A stretch of 64,000 nucleotides of DNA from Obrimoposthia wandeli (Eukaryota): contig CDROCS010001934.1 of assembly GCA_977020255.1 (NCBI GenBank), positions 186,001-250,000 of the forward strand. The letters run 5' to 3'. The notes beneath the pieces are model-generated. The model did not search any database, had not been told where the DNA came from, and saw nothing but the letters and a program-made list of their open reading frames with translations. Made by a program: the position numbers and the translations under genes. Position 1 is the stretch's first letter; each line of letters opens with the position of its first letter. Of the stretch, positions 12,075-24,768 are shown piece after piece.

Positions 12075-13004
12075 CACCCAATCAAAGTCGATATTGCCGA
12101 TAGCAATATGATTAGTGCCGTTGACTTGTAAGTTTGCACTTTTTATGTGTTTTTTTAATAATTTTAGAATTAATTTGGATTATTATACATGAATAAGACA
12201 AGCAAAGGTGATTATTTTATTAAAATTATATTAAAATGAACTCAGGTACCAAAAATGTCAACTTTGTCCAAACATTGAATTGTATGGTTATATCTGAGAA
12301 ATTGAGCCATATCTATCAGTGTCGTTTACGGATTTTGATCCCGCCTCTCCAATAACAAATTTACCGCCATTTTTGGATTTTTTGATTTTTATACTCCTTT
12401 GGAGCCCTTGCTGATATTATTAGTTTGATTATATAGTTTGCAAACAATTCCCCTGACTGTGCGCTCCTTTATAAAAAGAAGATTCCAATCTCATGCTGCA
12501 ATCAAGGCCTCTTTGAGCTCATAATATTCTTAATTATAAAGAAAACTACATTTTCCTATGATTTTCTCCGAAAAACGACTAACATCGGAGTTACGGTCAG
12601 TTATAATGTTTTTTTAAATATAATATTATAAAACATAATCTCCAAATCTTCATAAAACATTTAATAGTTCTTAAACTTCCACCCTTTCATCGTTAGAGGT
12701 ATATTTTCTTTGTATTTTAATAAAAAAAAAAGCGGCACTAATGACTTTTTACGGCACTATTCAATTTGTTAACACACCCTATAATAAAAAATCACAAACA
12801 CATTTTTTCCCTGCCCTGTAGGTGTGTGACTGCATGCATTTTATAGTAGGTAATTATTCAGTTTTTACGGCAACATTCATTTTGGATAGATGCTGTTTTT
12901 TATCGGTCAGTTTTACTATTTATTATTACTAATCTCATCTTATACTATAGGATCACATGCCGACTCTTTATGACGGCACTAATCAGTTGGACTTTGATTG
13001 GGTG
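12075..13004. mobile_element. Non-autonomous TIR element (CACCCAATCAAAGTC...TGATTAGTGCCGT ends)
   Basis: Inverted repeat pair at 12075-12120 and 12973-13004, TA on the left flank, and extra internal (A/G)CGGCA(C)TA motifs around 12731, 12750 and 12867. No clear ORF. Confidence 0.5.
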
Positions 13005-15906
13005 GTAGACTGTGGCGGTACAAACGGGACGCAAGAATTATCTAAAACACAAAGTACTATCTAACGAAAATTTGTCTAATTTTGCAAGTATAATAAAAAT
13101 TTCGACAGTTTTCTGACTTTACAATTTGATTTGAATTTAAAGAGATTTATTCGGAAGATACTTGGACAAATATACCAGATATTATTTGTTACTCGACTGA
13201 AAACAATTTTTGATTACCGTACTTAACATTTGGAAGATATTATTTGGTGGTATTCCACATTCTACATTTAAGATTTGAATCGAAGAAATTATAAAAATAG
13301 TCAGCATTAATTAGAAATAATACTTGAAAAAAATTACACAATAAAAAACACAAATACCAAACCTGAAAATTAAAAACAAATTTTCAATATCCAATATTTA
13401 CTTTTTAAAGTTTTTCAATAATATATGTTAATAAATATTAATTATTTTATACACACCATTTTATTCTATCAATAACTGTTTGCAGCGATTACATTAAAAA
13501 AAACGATCTACTCTTTCCACTTACATCACTTGAGTTCATAAAATGGTATTAATGTTCTAATTGATTCGCCTCGACAGTCTTTAAAACAAAATATCATTTA
13601 AAATATGTCTGCAATTTTGAAAAAAACAAGTTTTTAAACAACCAAACAACTCAAGAGAAGAACTTTTGAAAGATATTTGGAAAGAGTGAATATTAACTTT
13701 AAATAATTATGTAATCAATATTTACAAGTCAAATCCGCACGACTATGTTGTTTTGTAGTACAGGATAAATTGAATATTTCAATTAAATTAGATCTTTAGT
13801 TTAAAAACTAATATTTGATTAAGAACAATTATAATGCATATATATTACTATATTTATAATATATTACCAAATATTATTAATTTAAAATAATCGTTAAATT
13901 ATGTTTGTGTGCAATTACACCATAAATGACTAATAATAAAATACTGATTAAATACAACACGCATATCTGTGGTAGCATTACATGACTTTTATTTTATTCA
14001 CATATCGTTATATACACCTATTGTTCATTAGTCAATTAAATTAGTAAAGTTAATAAATTAATACCTGCAGTTGATATGTGAAGTGAATCACAGATCCTGT
14101 CACTGATTCGGTATAACTGCGTTTCTGACCAAGATGTATTAGTAAATATCAGTCAGGTTGCTAACTGTTTTACAAGTGCAAATTGAATTAATTAGTTTTA
14201 TACTCGTGGAGTGCATTTGCACACCATTATTTTTCCATCATATTTCGTAATTAAAATATCTCGAAGAGTTCAACTAAGTGTATATACTAATTACAAAAGA
14301 AACAATATTCAATTATCCAATAAGTATCACTCGGCAACAACGACACAAAGGAGCTTGTATGCACATTCTTGCCCTAGATACACATTTCATCCTATGAAAC
14401 AAAAGTGTACTTGATGATTTACTAATTTATTACTTATTTTAGTGCTGTTTTTCACTGTCGCCAAAAAATTCCTTTGGTTTACTTTATATTATGGAAAATT
14501 GTAGCTAATCTATGGAAGAGCAAGGAATGATACATTTACACGAAAAGTTACAGGTACGCATTATGATGAACAACCAGAAGTAATCATAACAAAGTGTCAG
14601 TACCCCGCAATGAGGACATTCAAACCATGAACGAAATCAATGAGGATGATAGTATATACATTAGGGTGAAGACTTTATTACGTTTTTCTTAAATTTAAAG
14701 ATTGTACCATGTATATAATATGAGAATTTTTTTGTAGATTCCAAATATATATATTCTATAATATAACTCGTAAAATATGTAGGCCCTAACTTCATTGAAA
14801 GTTTTAATAATATATACCATTAAATTATAAATAAAACAATATAAAAATAAAATTAATAATACGTTACATTAAATTTATAAATTGTTTTATTTTCAAATGT
14901 TTTATCTGATCGGCTGTAGGGCAAAATTCGGATATCGTTGCTAAGGCATATTATACATATGTATTGCTTTTCCACCTTGACACAGTGACTGATGAATTTG
15001 CAAAGATAAACAGCAGCTTGAATATGTAAAATTTGATTGAGTTTTCAATTAAAATGAAAATAAAGTTAAATCTTTTATCCAATACTGCATACCTAGGCAG
15101 GGGATTTATGTCATATAAAAACCACAGAATATCTTGGAAGTTACTAATTTAAACGTTATTTTTATTAAAAAAACGCTTGTTTATCCCAGGTTTTAAAACG
15201 AATTCAGAAAACCTTTATTATTTTTCAACTTTTATAACACGAATGTGACGGAGTGATATCACAACCCACATCAGAAGCTTTAGCTCACATTTCTTCACGA
15301 AGTTTAATTGATACATCACCTTTGACGCTGGCTTAAAATAATTAAATTTGCTGTATTTTAACGCTTATTTGAGTAAAATATGTCTAATCATATATGATTT
15401 CGTCAGGACAGGTCTCATACTAAATCAATTGATAGAGATTTTTGGTTTATTCCACTGTCTTCTACTTATTTGTTATTTATTGTGTAAATTATAACGTAAC
15501 TGTTTATTTCTGAATTTATGTTTCTATGTCCTACCCTTTAACGTGACTGTCGGTTATTTTAATTGAAATAATTATAAAAATAGTTATAGGCCAAACTTTA
15601 TTTTTTAAGCTACTTCAAAGACTATTTATACTTAAATTTTTTCTAATAAAAAGTGGTCCTTTATCAAATTACGGCCTAATATTTCATGAAAAAAGATTGA
15701 AAGCCTTAAATATGTATTTCGTAAATTTGTAAATTAAAAAAAGTTCTTAAAATATATTTTAAACGAAGTTTAATAATGGTGTAAGAAAAACCTTTTGGTT
15801 GAGTCATCTTTAAAAAGAAATGGATTTTCTAGTGATGCAGACAATAGTAAAACGATGATGTTCAACTAACTTTATTTTATGGACTGCTTATCATTCTTAT
15901 CATTCT

Positions 15907-16117
15907 AAACATTTTTAGTTTCGTACTAAATATGTCCATGCCTCAGTCGATAAATAATAAGATCCAAAATTGTAATTATCATTTAAGAAATCTATCAAAA
16001 TCTGTCAATATCTATCGAGAGAAGAGCCGATTATCATTACTCACTCAGTTATTAGTTCAATTTTACACTGCTCACTGCTCTACAACTTGCCAACTAAAGA
16101 TTTGAATTAGGTCCTAA
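15907..16117 (+). repeat. ~210 bp direct repeat, copy 1
   Basis: Near-identical to 17954-18162, with only a handful of differences. Confidence 0.9.
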
Positions 16118-17441
16118 AGGTTTCAAGAATGATAAGATCTGTTTATTTTTGACGCATACCTTTACACATTTACCAAATAAAGTAATTGTTTCATCTTCTG
16201 AATTTTTACAAAATTGCATTAATTCTTAAACAAATTGAAAGTCATATTTAATAAGTCCAAATTTCCTACTTTTCTCAACAAAATAATTAAATTTATTAAA
16301 ATTTTAAAAATAAATTTTTCTATAAATATTTTAAAAACAGATCAATAATATGTTATTTTAAATTAAATAATTTTATATTGTTTTAAATGGTTTGTAATTT
16401 ATAATATATATGTTATACTAAAATTGAAGCTTGTTTAACTTTATCATATACTGTAAATAATAATTTGATAAAAGTAATCCATGTGACAAATATGAACCCC
16501 TGATAAATCAGAAAAATTTGAAAGATAAAAGTTAAATACTAAAGTTGTCATTAAATATTAAGCAATTTTCATCAAAAAATCATATATTTTTAAGGAAAAA
16601 TTTTGATAATTAAAAATTCCTCACACGATTGAAATTCTTTTATAAAATAAACTGTTCGTTTATTAAATATTTGGAGAGTGGAAATATTATACAACTTTTC
16701 AAGGTATATGTGTTGGGTTATTAAATTGGAATCGTTATACCTTTGGACACACAAATTGATCAAATATTAATCTGAATTTACAAAAAAATTACCTAAAAAT
16801 ATTTAATCATGTAGCCAACGACCACAAAAATGCATAGGACAAGAAAAATAGTTTCGGACAAATACAAGTTTAAATGTAGTAATTTGATGAAAATCAGAGA
16901 TTTATATATTTAGTTGATATTTTAGAATCCCGATTAATTGTATTAAAGATATACTTTTAAATCATTACTTTAATGCCGTTATCATGTAATTTTTATTTTA
17001 CATCAATGTTTTTATGAATGTATTATTTTTTGAAATAAATCTTATGCTCTGTGGTTTGCTATTCTAAAAATTATCCTATTTTTTGTCATAAAATTTAAAG
17101 CAATGATGTTTTATACAACAACTAATTTTCAATATCTAGTCATCGTTGTTAAAAAGTTAAATAATAAAAATTACTTTACATAATGTAAGCATTTTATTAT
17201 AATAGCATTTTTAATAATGGCTGATTTCTAGATTTTTAATTTTTTTTTTCATAAATTTGAAGTTGATGGCATTTATTTATCTGTTGAACAGTGTTGTGTT
17301 TAAGTGTGCCAATATAATAATCTCACTAACCGATACATTTTAAATATTTTGAACTGATTAAAAGTGACTTTTCAATATATTTAATAGACCAACAATTCTT
17401 TACACTTGTTTACGAAGTTATTTAGCTGAAATATTTCTAAA

Positions 17442-17628
17442 ATGTCTTTTAATGTACGAGAATGTATTGTTATGAAGAGGTCCGATTTCGAAGGTTATGG
17501 ATTCAACTTGCATTCCGAAAATGGGAAATTGATCCAGTATATTGGTCATGTGGAGCCTGAATCACCTGCATACACTTCAGGTTTGCTAAAAAATGATGTA
17601 GTAATCGAGGTTAATGGAGCCAATATAA
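17442..17628 (+). CDS. NHERF: NHERF/EBP50/Sip1-like PDZ scaffold, exon 1
   Basis: GYGFNLHSE...YIGHVEPESPAYTSGLLKNDVVIEVNGANI is a NHERF-type PDZ domain. GTGAGA donor at 17629 and a 53-nt intron. Confidence 0.85.
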
Positions 17629-17681
17629 GTGAGACTTTTTTGTATTTAAAGTACTCATTTTAATTCATTTTAATTGATTAG

Positions 17682-17914
17682 TCGAAGAACAGCACCAAGA
17701 AGTTGTGAATCGTATCAAAGCAGATTCCAGTCAGGTCTGCCTGCTGGTGATTGACAATGACGGCTTCGAGTACTGTAGCAGAGAAAATATCCGAATCACT
17801 CGTGACATGATCAATTCACGCGATTCAGAGAACTACTATGAAAGTAAATCAATTAGTGAATGGGTAGATAATATTTTTGCTGTAGAAAATGTGGACACTT
17901 CAATGGGGGTAACG
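17682..17914 (+). CDS. NHERF: NHERF-like, exon 2 (end of PDZ)
   Basis: After the TAG acceptor the frame continues (I)EEQHQEVVNRIKADSSQVCLLVID. It ends at a phase-0 GTGAGT donor at 17915. Confidence 0.85.
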
Positions 17915-17953
17915 GTGAGTCACATTTTTCGTTCTACCCATTTTACTAATTGA

Positions 17954-18162
17954 AAACATTTTTAGTTTTGTACTAAATATGTCCATGCCTCAGCCGATAA
18001 ATAATAAGATCCAAATTGTAATTATCATTTAAGAAATCTATCAAAATCTGTCAATATCTATCGAGAGAAGTGCCGATTATCGTTACTCACTCAGTTATTA
18101 GTTCAATTTTACACTGCCCCTGCTCTACAACTTGCCAACTAAACATTTGAATTAGGTCCTAA
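17954..18162 (+). repeat. ~210 bp direct repeat, copy 2
   Basis: Near-identical to 15907-16117. Confidence 0.9.
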
Positions 18163-18939
18163 TTATTCCCAACTAAGCTGCGAGGTTTTTATTTCAATTA
18201 CGAAAAGATGTAGCCTCACACCATATCTTATAGAATTGCACCAACTACCGATAAAAAGCTAGAATCGAATTTAAAATGCTCCCTATTATTATGTTATTAA
18301 GAAGTAAAGAGTCCCAGAAGCTAATTGTAAAAGCCTCAATCAAAAGACGAGACCGAATCTTTGATTCTTTTTAATGTCAACATTAATTGTATAAAAATTG
18401 TATATGTATCTATTATATATCCAGAATTTAAACGCGTGTAAGTCAATTCGAAGACTTTCCTATATAAAACATACTACGAAGAGTTTTTGTAGCTTTATAA
18501 TGAAAATTGAAGGACTACTTTAAGGACTACAATTGATCATTTGAAGTGGCAACTGATTATAAAATCTTGCATTATATATTTGAAATATTTGATATTCTGA
18601 ATCTATTAATGCTTTTAAAATTTTCCCCTTCATCATTCCTTCAGATACTGATACTTTTAGGCTACTTGATATTTATATTGACGACAACTTTGTATTTATA
18701 TATTATCCTTAGTTTAAATGATTAAATTCCAGACATTGTTTAAATCTATAAAACATAAACTGATACTAAAACTGAAATGCTCATTTATAACACACGTAGA
18801 AAGTCATTGATTGTATTGCTTCATTCTATTTGATACTCATGTGTCTGGTGTTTAGAATGCAGAAAAATCTTGTATAAATTACTGTTTAATAAGAAATGTT
18901 TAACTTTAAATTATAAATGTTAAAAAATAAGAAATATAT

Positions 18940-18980
18940 CCAAAACATGTTTCGGGTTTGAAAATCCATCATCAGTACTG
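18940..18980 (-). ncRNA. Minimal, degenerate hammerhead motif of the Penelope-like type
   Basis: The - strand reads CAGTA CTGATGA T GGATTT TC AAACCC GAAA CATGT T, with a palindromic ACATGT stem III. Stem I does not pair well. Confidence 0.45.
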
Positions 18981-19129
18981 ACGTAAAAGGAACATGTATG
19001 CAGACAAATGGAGGACTGTTTTCTTTTATACGTAAAGTTTCATTCTGCTGTGACTCGTGAATCATATTTAAAGCGATTTCAAAGTAAGTTTATGCCTAAA
19101 TTCATTGTTAAACCAAAAATGGAAACATG

Positions 19130-19310
19130 TACTAGACACGAGATGGAGTAACAGCTCCCTATTCAACAGTTGTATGCAATTTTAGATGAGCATTTTTCTG
19201 GTAGCTGGTTTAGAAGGAGAGATCAATTAGGTCCCCAGACATGATACCATGGATTTTTTCCTCTATGGGGTCACATCCAGGATACCGTTTATAAAGAGCC
19301 AATTTGCTCA
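19130..19310 (+). pseudogene. Tc1/mariner-superfamily transposase fragment (maT/rosa-like)
   Basis: RSPDMIP-DFF-LWGHIQDTVYKEP resembles the RSPDLTPLDFFLWG.LK..VY motif. Confidence 0.6.
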
Positions 19311-21184
19311 CTAATGTTTGCACTAATGTTTTTGTTAATATTTATTCCCTGTTACAGTTGTATTACTATACAAGAGTTACCCTGCATTTATCATGTATTC
19401 AACTCCAGATAATTTTGTTGGCAAGTAAGTTTAATCAATGTACCAACAAAATTTGGCCTCCATTTAACACAAACTCTGAATTAACGTTTCTGCACATGTA
19501 ACCTTGATAGCCGACTCGATATTATTTCTGATACCTGTTTAACAACGCTGATGTAAATTGGTTCGCGAAGGCAGCTTATATTGTGTATAGCACTTGTAGC
19601 TGAGATTAAGCAAATTTGGTACCACTAGTGAGAACTCTCGACAGTTTGTTATGTGGGCCATTTCCATTTACTGTCATTCACTGCAAGAATTGTTGTTTAA
19701 TAAGCCATTTAATCTACCCAAGACCTAAATTGTTTCTTCTGTATTCAAGTGACATCAAAATATTTACTAAAAATTTGAAACGATTTTATTCGACAAAAAA
19801 AGGGTTATGATCTTCAGAAAAACACTGACATTATTTAGTAACTCTATGAATTTTTTAATCGTTCTAATACGTGACTGGGTAATTCAGCAAAAGACAATTT
19901 ATAAAAATATAGGTTGAAAAAATATTAAAGCATCTAGCTCTGAAATTGAAATGTTTTATATGTAAAGTGTGTTTACGATCTTCCCATAAATTCGAACCCC
20001 ACTTCTGACACCAATTGTTAGATTTGTATTGAGGGAAGATTGTTATGTTGACAGCGAATTTGTCGGGATGGTGTGGGGAAGAGTAGAATTGATTAGTCAA
20101 GATAGCTTTGAATGTTTTTTGATTTTATTTTTAGTCAATTTTTATGAATCCAGGATGCATCTTTTGGTAGCTAAGCTTCTAATTGCATTAACAAACAATA
20201 ATTAAATTATAATCAATCATTTGATAATTTAACATTAAGCATCAAAACACGTACAATAAATATTACACACTGCATTAAAAAAAATGAAAGGGTGCAACAA
20301 AGGAACAAAGCGGTCTCAACAATATATATTATTGTGGATGAATTCGTAGAATTTCGAATAGTTGTTATTTATTAACAGGAGAGATTTTAGATTATTGGCT
20401 ATCGTCACAGTAAAGTGTGTTTACGATCTTCCCATGAATTTTAATAGAAATCGTTTCAATAAATATTTATTATGAGTTTACTGTCTTTGTAACGATTGAA
20501 GTAAAGTATGAAAAACTTGATTGTAATGTAAAATAGATCGCATTAGTTGTTTCTTACGCACTAATATTTGATTGTGATTGGACTCTAGAAAGAAAGATTT
20601 TTATTAACTTGATGTCTTTGCAGATGATCCTTACACATCACAACTTAAGGGGAGCCAAGAAGTCGGCTTATCGGTCGTATCTGTCAACGAATAATTTACA
20701 TCGAAAAGATATGAAGCCATGAAAACTAACAATTGTTTAACAATTATTGGCAGATGCTTATGCAAAACGTTGGAACTTTTACCAATAAAGGCTTGCAAAG
20801 GACGCAGTGAATCCTAATTTAGCGCTTTAGCATCGTTCCATGTGAATGGCTCTGTTATATCTAGAGTTTTATATACCGTACATAGTTGTGTCACAATTTT
20901 ATTGGTTTTTCACCTCTACTTAAACGCGTGGACGGCTTCAAAACCAAGAATTTTTAAAAACACAGCGTGACCTATCTTCAGCAATCGATTTACGGAATTA
21001 CGTGAATATTCTCATTAGCTGAACCTAGATCTTAAGGATTTTGTAAAACCAGAATTGGGGTTGACCTATACGCATGGGTATATATAAAACAAGTATTTTT
21101 AGGCTGATGGATAGGGATCAACTGCAATTATATGCGGTAGTTTGTATCGGTCCAAGTGCCCTTATTAGTGAAATCTAGTTGCGT

Positions 21185-21717
21185 AACACTCTGTATCCCA
21201 AAACACTGACAGCATGGTTTCTTTTCTATGAATTGTCCCCGATCTCATTTTTTGAGGCCTTCTCATTCGCAAATTTTCATTCTGGTAAATACATACTAAG
21301 AGTGGTTTCATCAGTTGTTACAATGTTACTAAATTTTCCTTAAATTGTTCAGAAATTTCTGGAGGTCTTTCTGTTTTTTATCATCAAAGACAAAAGTCTG
21401 GCCATGTTTAAAATACTTAACCCAAATTTTTTTAGTAGCACATGATGGAGAATCATCCTCTTAGGTATCTTGAAACATTTATTTGTTCCAGTTGCATTTA
21501 AATCTTGTAAAACGAAGAACTTGATAACACTTCTGTATTCGACTTGATTTATCATTACTTAGGAGAAATTTGAAAATGTGCGAATAACAAATTAAAAAAA
21601 GAAGTAATTAAAACAAAATAAAAATATGTTTTACCTATATATAGTGATGAAGTTATATAAGAAATTTATGGTTTCTATTTGTTATATTTCTATGTTAGGT
21701 TAGGTACTTATTGAACA
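21185..21717 (-). mobile_element. Internally deleted and truncated copy of the mariner at 36966-38143
   Basis: INQVEYRSVIKFFVLQDLNAT, TDETTLSMY and GTIHRKETMLSVFWDT match the other copy. A TIR-like sequence lies at 21687-21717. Confidence 0.75.
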
Positions 21718-23482
21718 TTCCATGTATGTTGCTAATGATGTCAAACGCATTTCTTTTGTTATCCATCTATTGATTAGTTATGTCATTATGAAATTATTCA
21801 ATTAAATATTTCTAGCAGCCAGCATGGTCGTTGTTTTCTTAGTCTTTTTGCTCAAGCCAGGTCATAGGAGAACAAAATGACACATTTGAAAAGTTTACCT
21901 GCAGTTCAAAAAACTGGATCAATATCTTTTGCATACCATTTAAAAAAGACATTCATAAAAATGTTAAAGAATTTTTCCTTAATCGTTTTCTAAATTTAAT
22001 TGTGCTAACTTTGAGATTTATAATACGATCGAAAATGTTCAACATAGACTTTAGCGGTTTCAATGCAGTACAATCTAAAATGTTCAGGATTAATTTAAAA
22101 GTTCACATGTTAAACATATCAAAACGGTGGAAAATCCTTGAATTAATAAGACGATTTTAAAATAGCTGAAACAATTTCAGGATTTTAAATCACTTTTCTG
22201 AATATTTCCGTAATTTAATCGTGTATCACTACATATATTTGCTTTATCTACTACAATTCTCAATTTGTTTCGAATCACTCTTTGAATGCTCACTTTGCAC
22301 ATTCCACAGATTTCTTTTGCTATTCGGTGTTAAGTCGGCGTTGACAAAATGATAAACACAGTATAAAAGTAATAGGTATTTAAATAATTTCCATTGTTTA
22401 TTTAAAAGACATTCATGAACAACCCGTTAAACTAAATACTTTTATTTAGATATAGATTCACCTTTTATGTCACTCGCTACCTCCAAAACGTTGTTATTAC
22501 AATATCGGCGGAGGTGATAAAATTTAGGGTGATTCTAAAAATAGCCAATTAGCAATTTAGATAGTTAAAATAATTTCAAATTTATACGAAGAAAATTTAC
22601 TTCCATTTAGTTGCTCTACCGGAACTTTGTTAATGTCTGTTGTGCAAAAATATGATTTCGTGGAGCAAAAAAATAATAGAAAAAAACTTATAAAAAATTC
22701 CATTCCAATGGCCTGATTTCCTTTTGTATTTAAAAAAAAACTATTTTTAACACCTTTTAACAAATTTAAAAAAATTTAATATGAGTGTCTAGCCATCTTT
22801 GTTAAGCAGGACTGGTGATGTGGGATGGATTTAAAAAAAAACGTTATTTTAAATCTTGGTATAAAACTAAAGTTAAAAATGTGTGATAATTATTGCGTAA
22901 TGCGGTGTTAATGTTTTGTGGGCGATTTTGAAATGTATCTTTGAGTGATTTCATGAATATTTTCCAGCGAAACAAGACAGGTGGCTGCTGGTTACATTAA
23001 GCCAAAATAGTGAACTTTACCATCTGGCGTCGTAATTTGAACTGAATTATGTATTGAATATTTCTGGTGGAAAATATTTTTACCAGTAGGCATTGGAGAA
23101 AAGACCTAAAACTATAAATATATAACTTCATTACATATCTATTAGGTTATAGTCATAATGTAGCAGACATTATAGGTAAATATAGGAAATGATTTTAGCA
23201 AGTCACGGTCCATTTAACCGCTTTGTTCGAACTTAATTTTGCTTGAAATGGTGCAAAATTAGTCATGTAAACTACTAAAAAATAACATTTTATACATGGG
23301 AAAGAAATTTCAATAAAGTCACTTTCCAAAACGTGAATTTACAAGAAAAAGTAAAGCTGTAGAAGATGCACGAGAAGAGTAAAGTGTTGGTTCTAAAACA
23401 ATAGCACACAAAGAACTAACTCCCCCTATCGCAGTTTTAATCTTTCAAAGGTTCTTGTTTATATTAGGAGGCTAGTAAAAGT

Positions 23483-23730
23483 CTATATTGATATATAACT
23501 ATATTCATTATCATCAAAATCCCTACTATCTTCTTCTTCTACTTTACTGAGTGTTGCAACTTTAGGCTTCAAGTCTCCATTAAACATTTGATTCATATAA
23601 AGTTCTTCAATCCTCAGACACAAAGTTTTGATGCAACAAATAGGTTAAAGTATTTTTCAGTATACTGTGCCATCAAGGTAGGGCTCAGGTTATTATGGAG
23701 AGATTGCAATTTTTCTTTAGAAGTAGTCAT
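23483..23730 (-). pseudogene. Small ORF (~82 aa, acidic C-terminus) with one frameshift, inside the cassette
   Basis: MTTSKEKLQSLHNNLSPTLMAQYTEKYFNLFVASKLCV / IEELYMNQMFNGDLKPKVATLSKVEEEDSRDFDDNEYSYISI*. The stop falls inside the inner inverted repeat. Confidence 0.45.
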
Positions 23731-23939
23731 TTGAAATAAGGATAAATTGGTTGAAAGGTGTATATATTTATAAAGAATTTGTTGAAATTATCCAATGAGT
23801 AGCTAGTAGGAAGTCAAGACATGGTTATGATACATACAATGGATTAAAAATAAATATCAATAAAAATATATACATACTATCGTTTAAAAAGGATATATAC
23901 AATATTCTGTTTATTACAATATAAAAAAGAAAGATATTA

Positions 23940-24140
23940 GTCAATACTTTCAATAGGTTACCCCATATTTTATACACCTATCTTAGACTATAGTGTCTTT
24001 ATGCGATGGATTTGATTTTCTCAATCCAAATCCTTTTATCGTCATAACACCTTAACGCAACTAAAACACTATCAACAGTTCTATAATGAAGTATATTATC
24101 AACGAGCATTTTCAAATCATATAATAATAACAATTCAACT
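23940..24140 (-). pseudogene. Decayed ORF between the TBP-like gene and the small acidic ORF
   Basis: ELLLLYDLKMLVDNILHYRTVDSVLVALRCYDDKRIWIEKIKSIA*RHYSLR*VYKIWGNLLKVL is coding-like but contains stops. Confidence 0.35.
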
Positions 24141-24156
24141 AAATAAAATGTATTTT

Positions 24157-24645
24157 TTATATCAAAAGTAAAATATCAGTTATTATCCAAGTCACATCAA
24201 AGTTATAATCCAAATCCTTGAGACCGAGTATGATCACTTTCCCGCTTGCAAATATGTTGACACATATAGGATTTTGTTTTGAAAACCTCAAAGCAGGAGA
24301 GAACTGAGGTTCGAACATGCATGCGGCTCTACACTTTTGAGACAACTTGTATAGGTTCACCTCTTACCTAAATCGACAGTAACCGTTATTGATTGAATAC
24401 GTCCAATCTTTATTCTAAATGGATACTTGAGCATAGTAGTAGTAATAGGTTTCTTGCAACACATTATCCTGCATGCTCCTAATAATAATAATAATAAACT
24501 AACATAAAAACATACCTGAGCGGAAGATTATAAAGGTATTATCCTTACACCTGTGCACGTACTGACAGGGTTTCCCGGCTTTGAAGGGTAAGTGACTGAT
24601 GTATTCTTTAACTTTACCTTTATAATTAATATTTGCAAGATTCAT
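24157..24645 (-). pseudogene. Divergent TATA-binding-protein-fold gene (two TBP repeats), one intron, one frameshift
   Basis: Exon 1 24645-24516 (MNLANINYKG...TFIIFRSG), GT-AG intron 24515-24479, exon 2 ACRIM...IQSITVTVDLGK-(frameshift near 24362)-VNLYKLS...MFEPQFSPALRF...CVNIFASGKVIILGLK. This parallels the TBP repeats IF.SGK and IQN...D...YEPELFPGL...IF.SGKV..TGAK. Confidence 0.7.
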
Positions 24646-24768
24646 GATTGAATTAATGGAAATAATCCCCCTATATATATAATATTCATGAGCTAAACAT
24701 TAAACAATCAGAATCGAGTATGATGATATATAAGCTACCACTTGTCGTATAGAATTCATTATTTTGAT

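Noticed and set aside
11195-12139. Several overlapping ORFs on both strands
   Set aside because: No recognisable motifs. They are expected by chance in a GC-richer island, which is better explained as non-coding HHR-associated sequence.
20623-20690. Possible internal NHERF exon after a TTTGCAG acceptor
   Set aside because: The most natural frame needs a phase-1 junction, but exon 2 ends in phase 0. Unsupported without transcripts.
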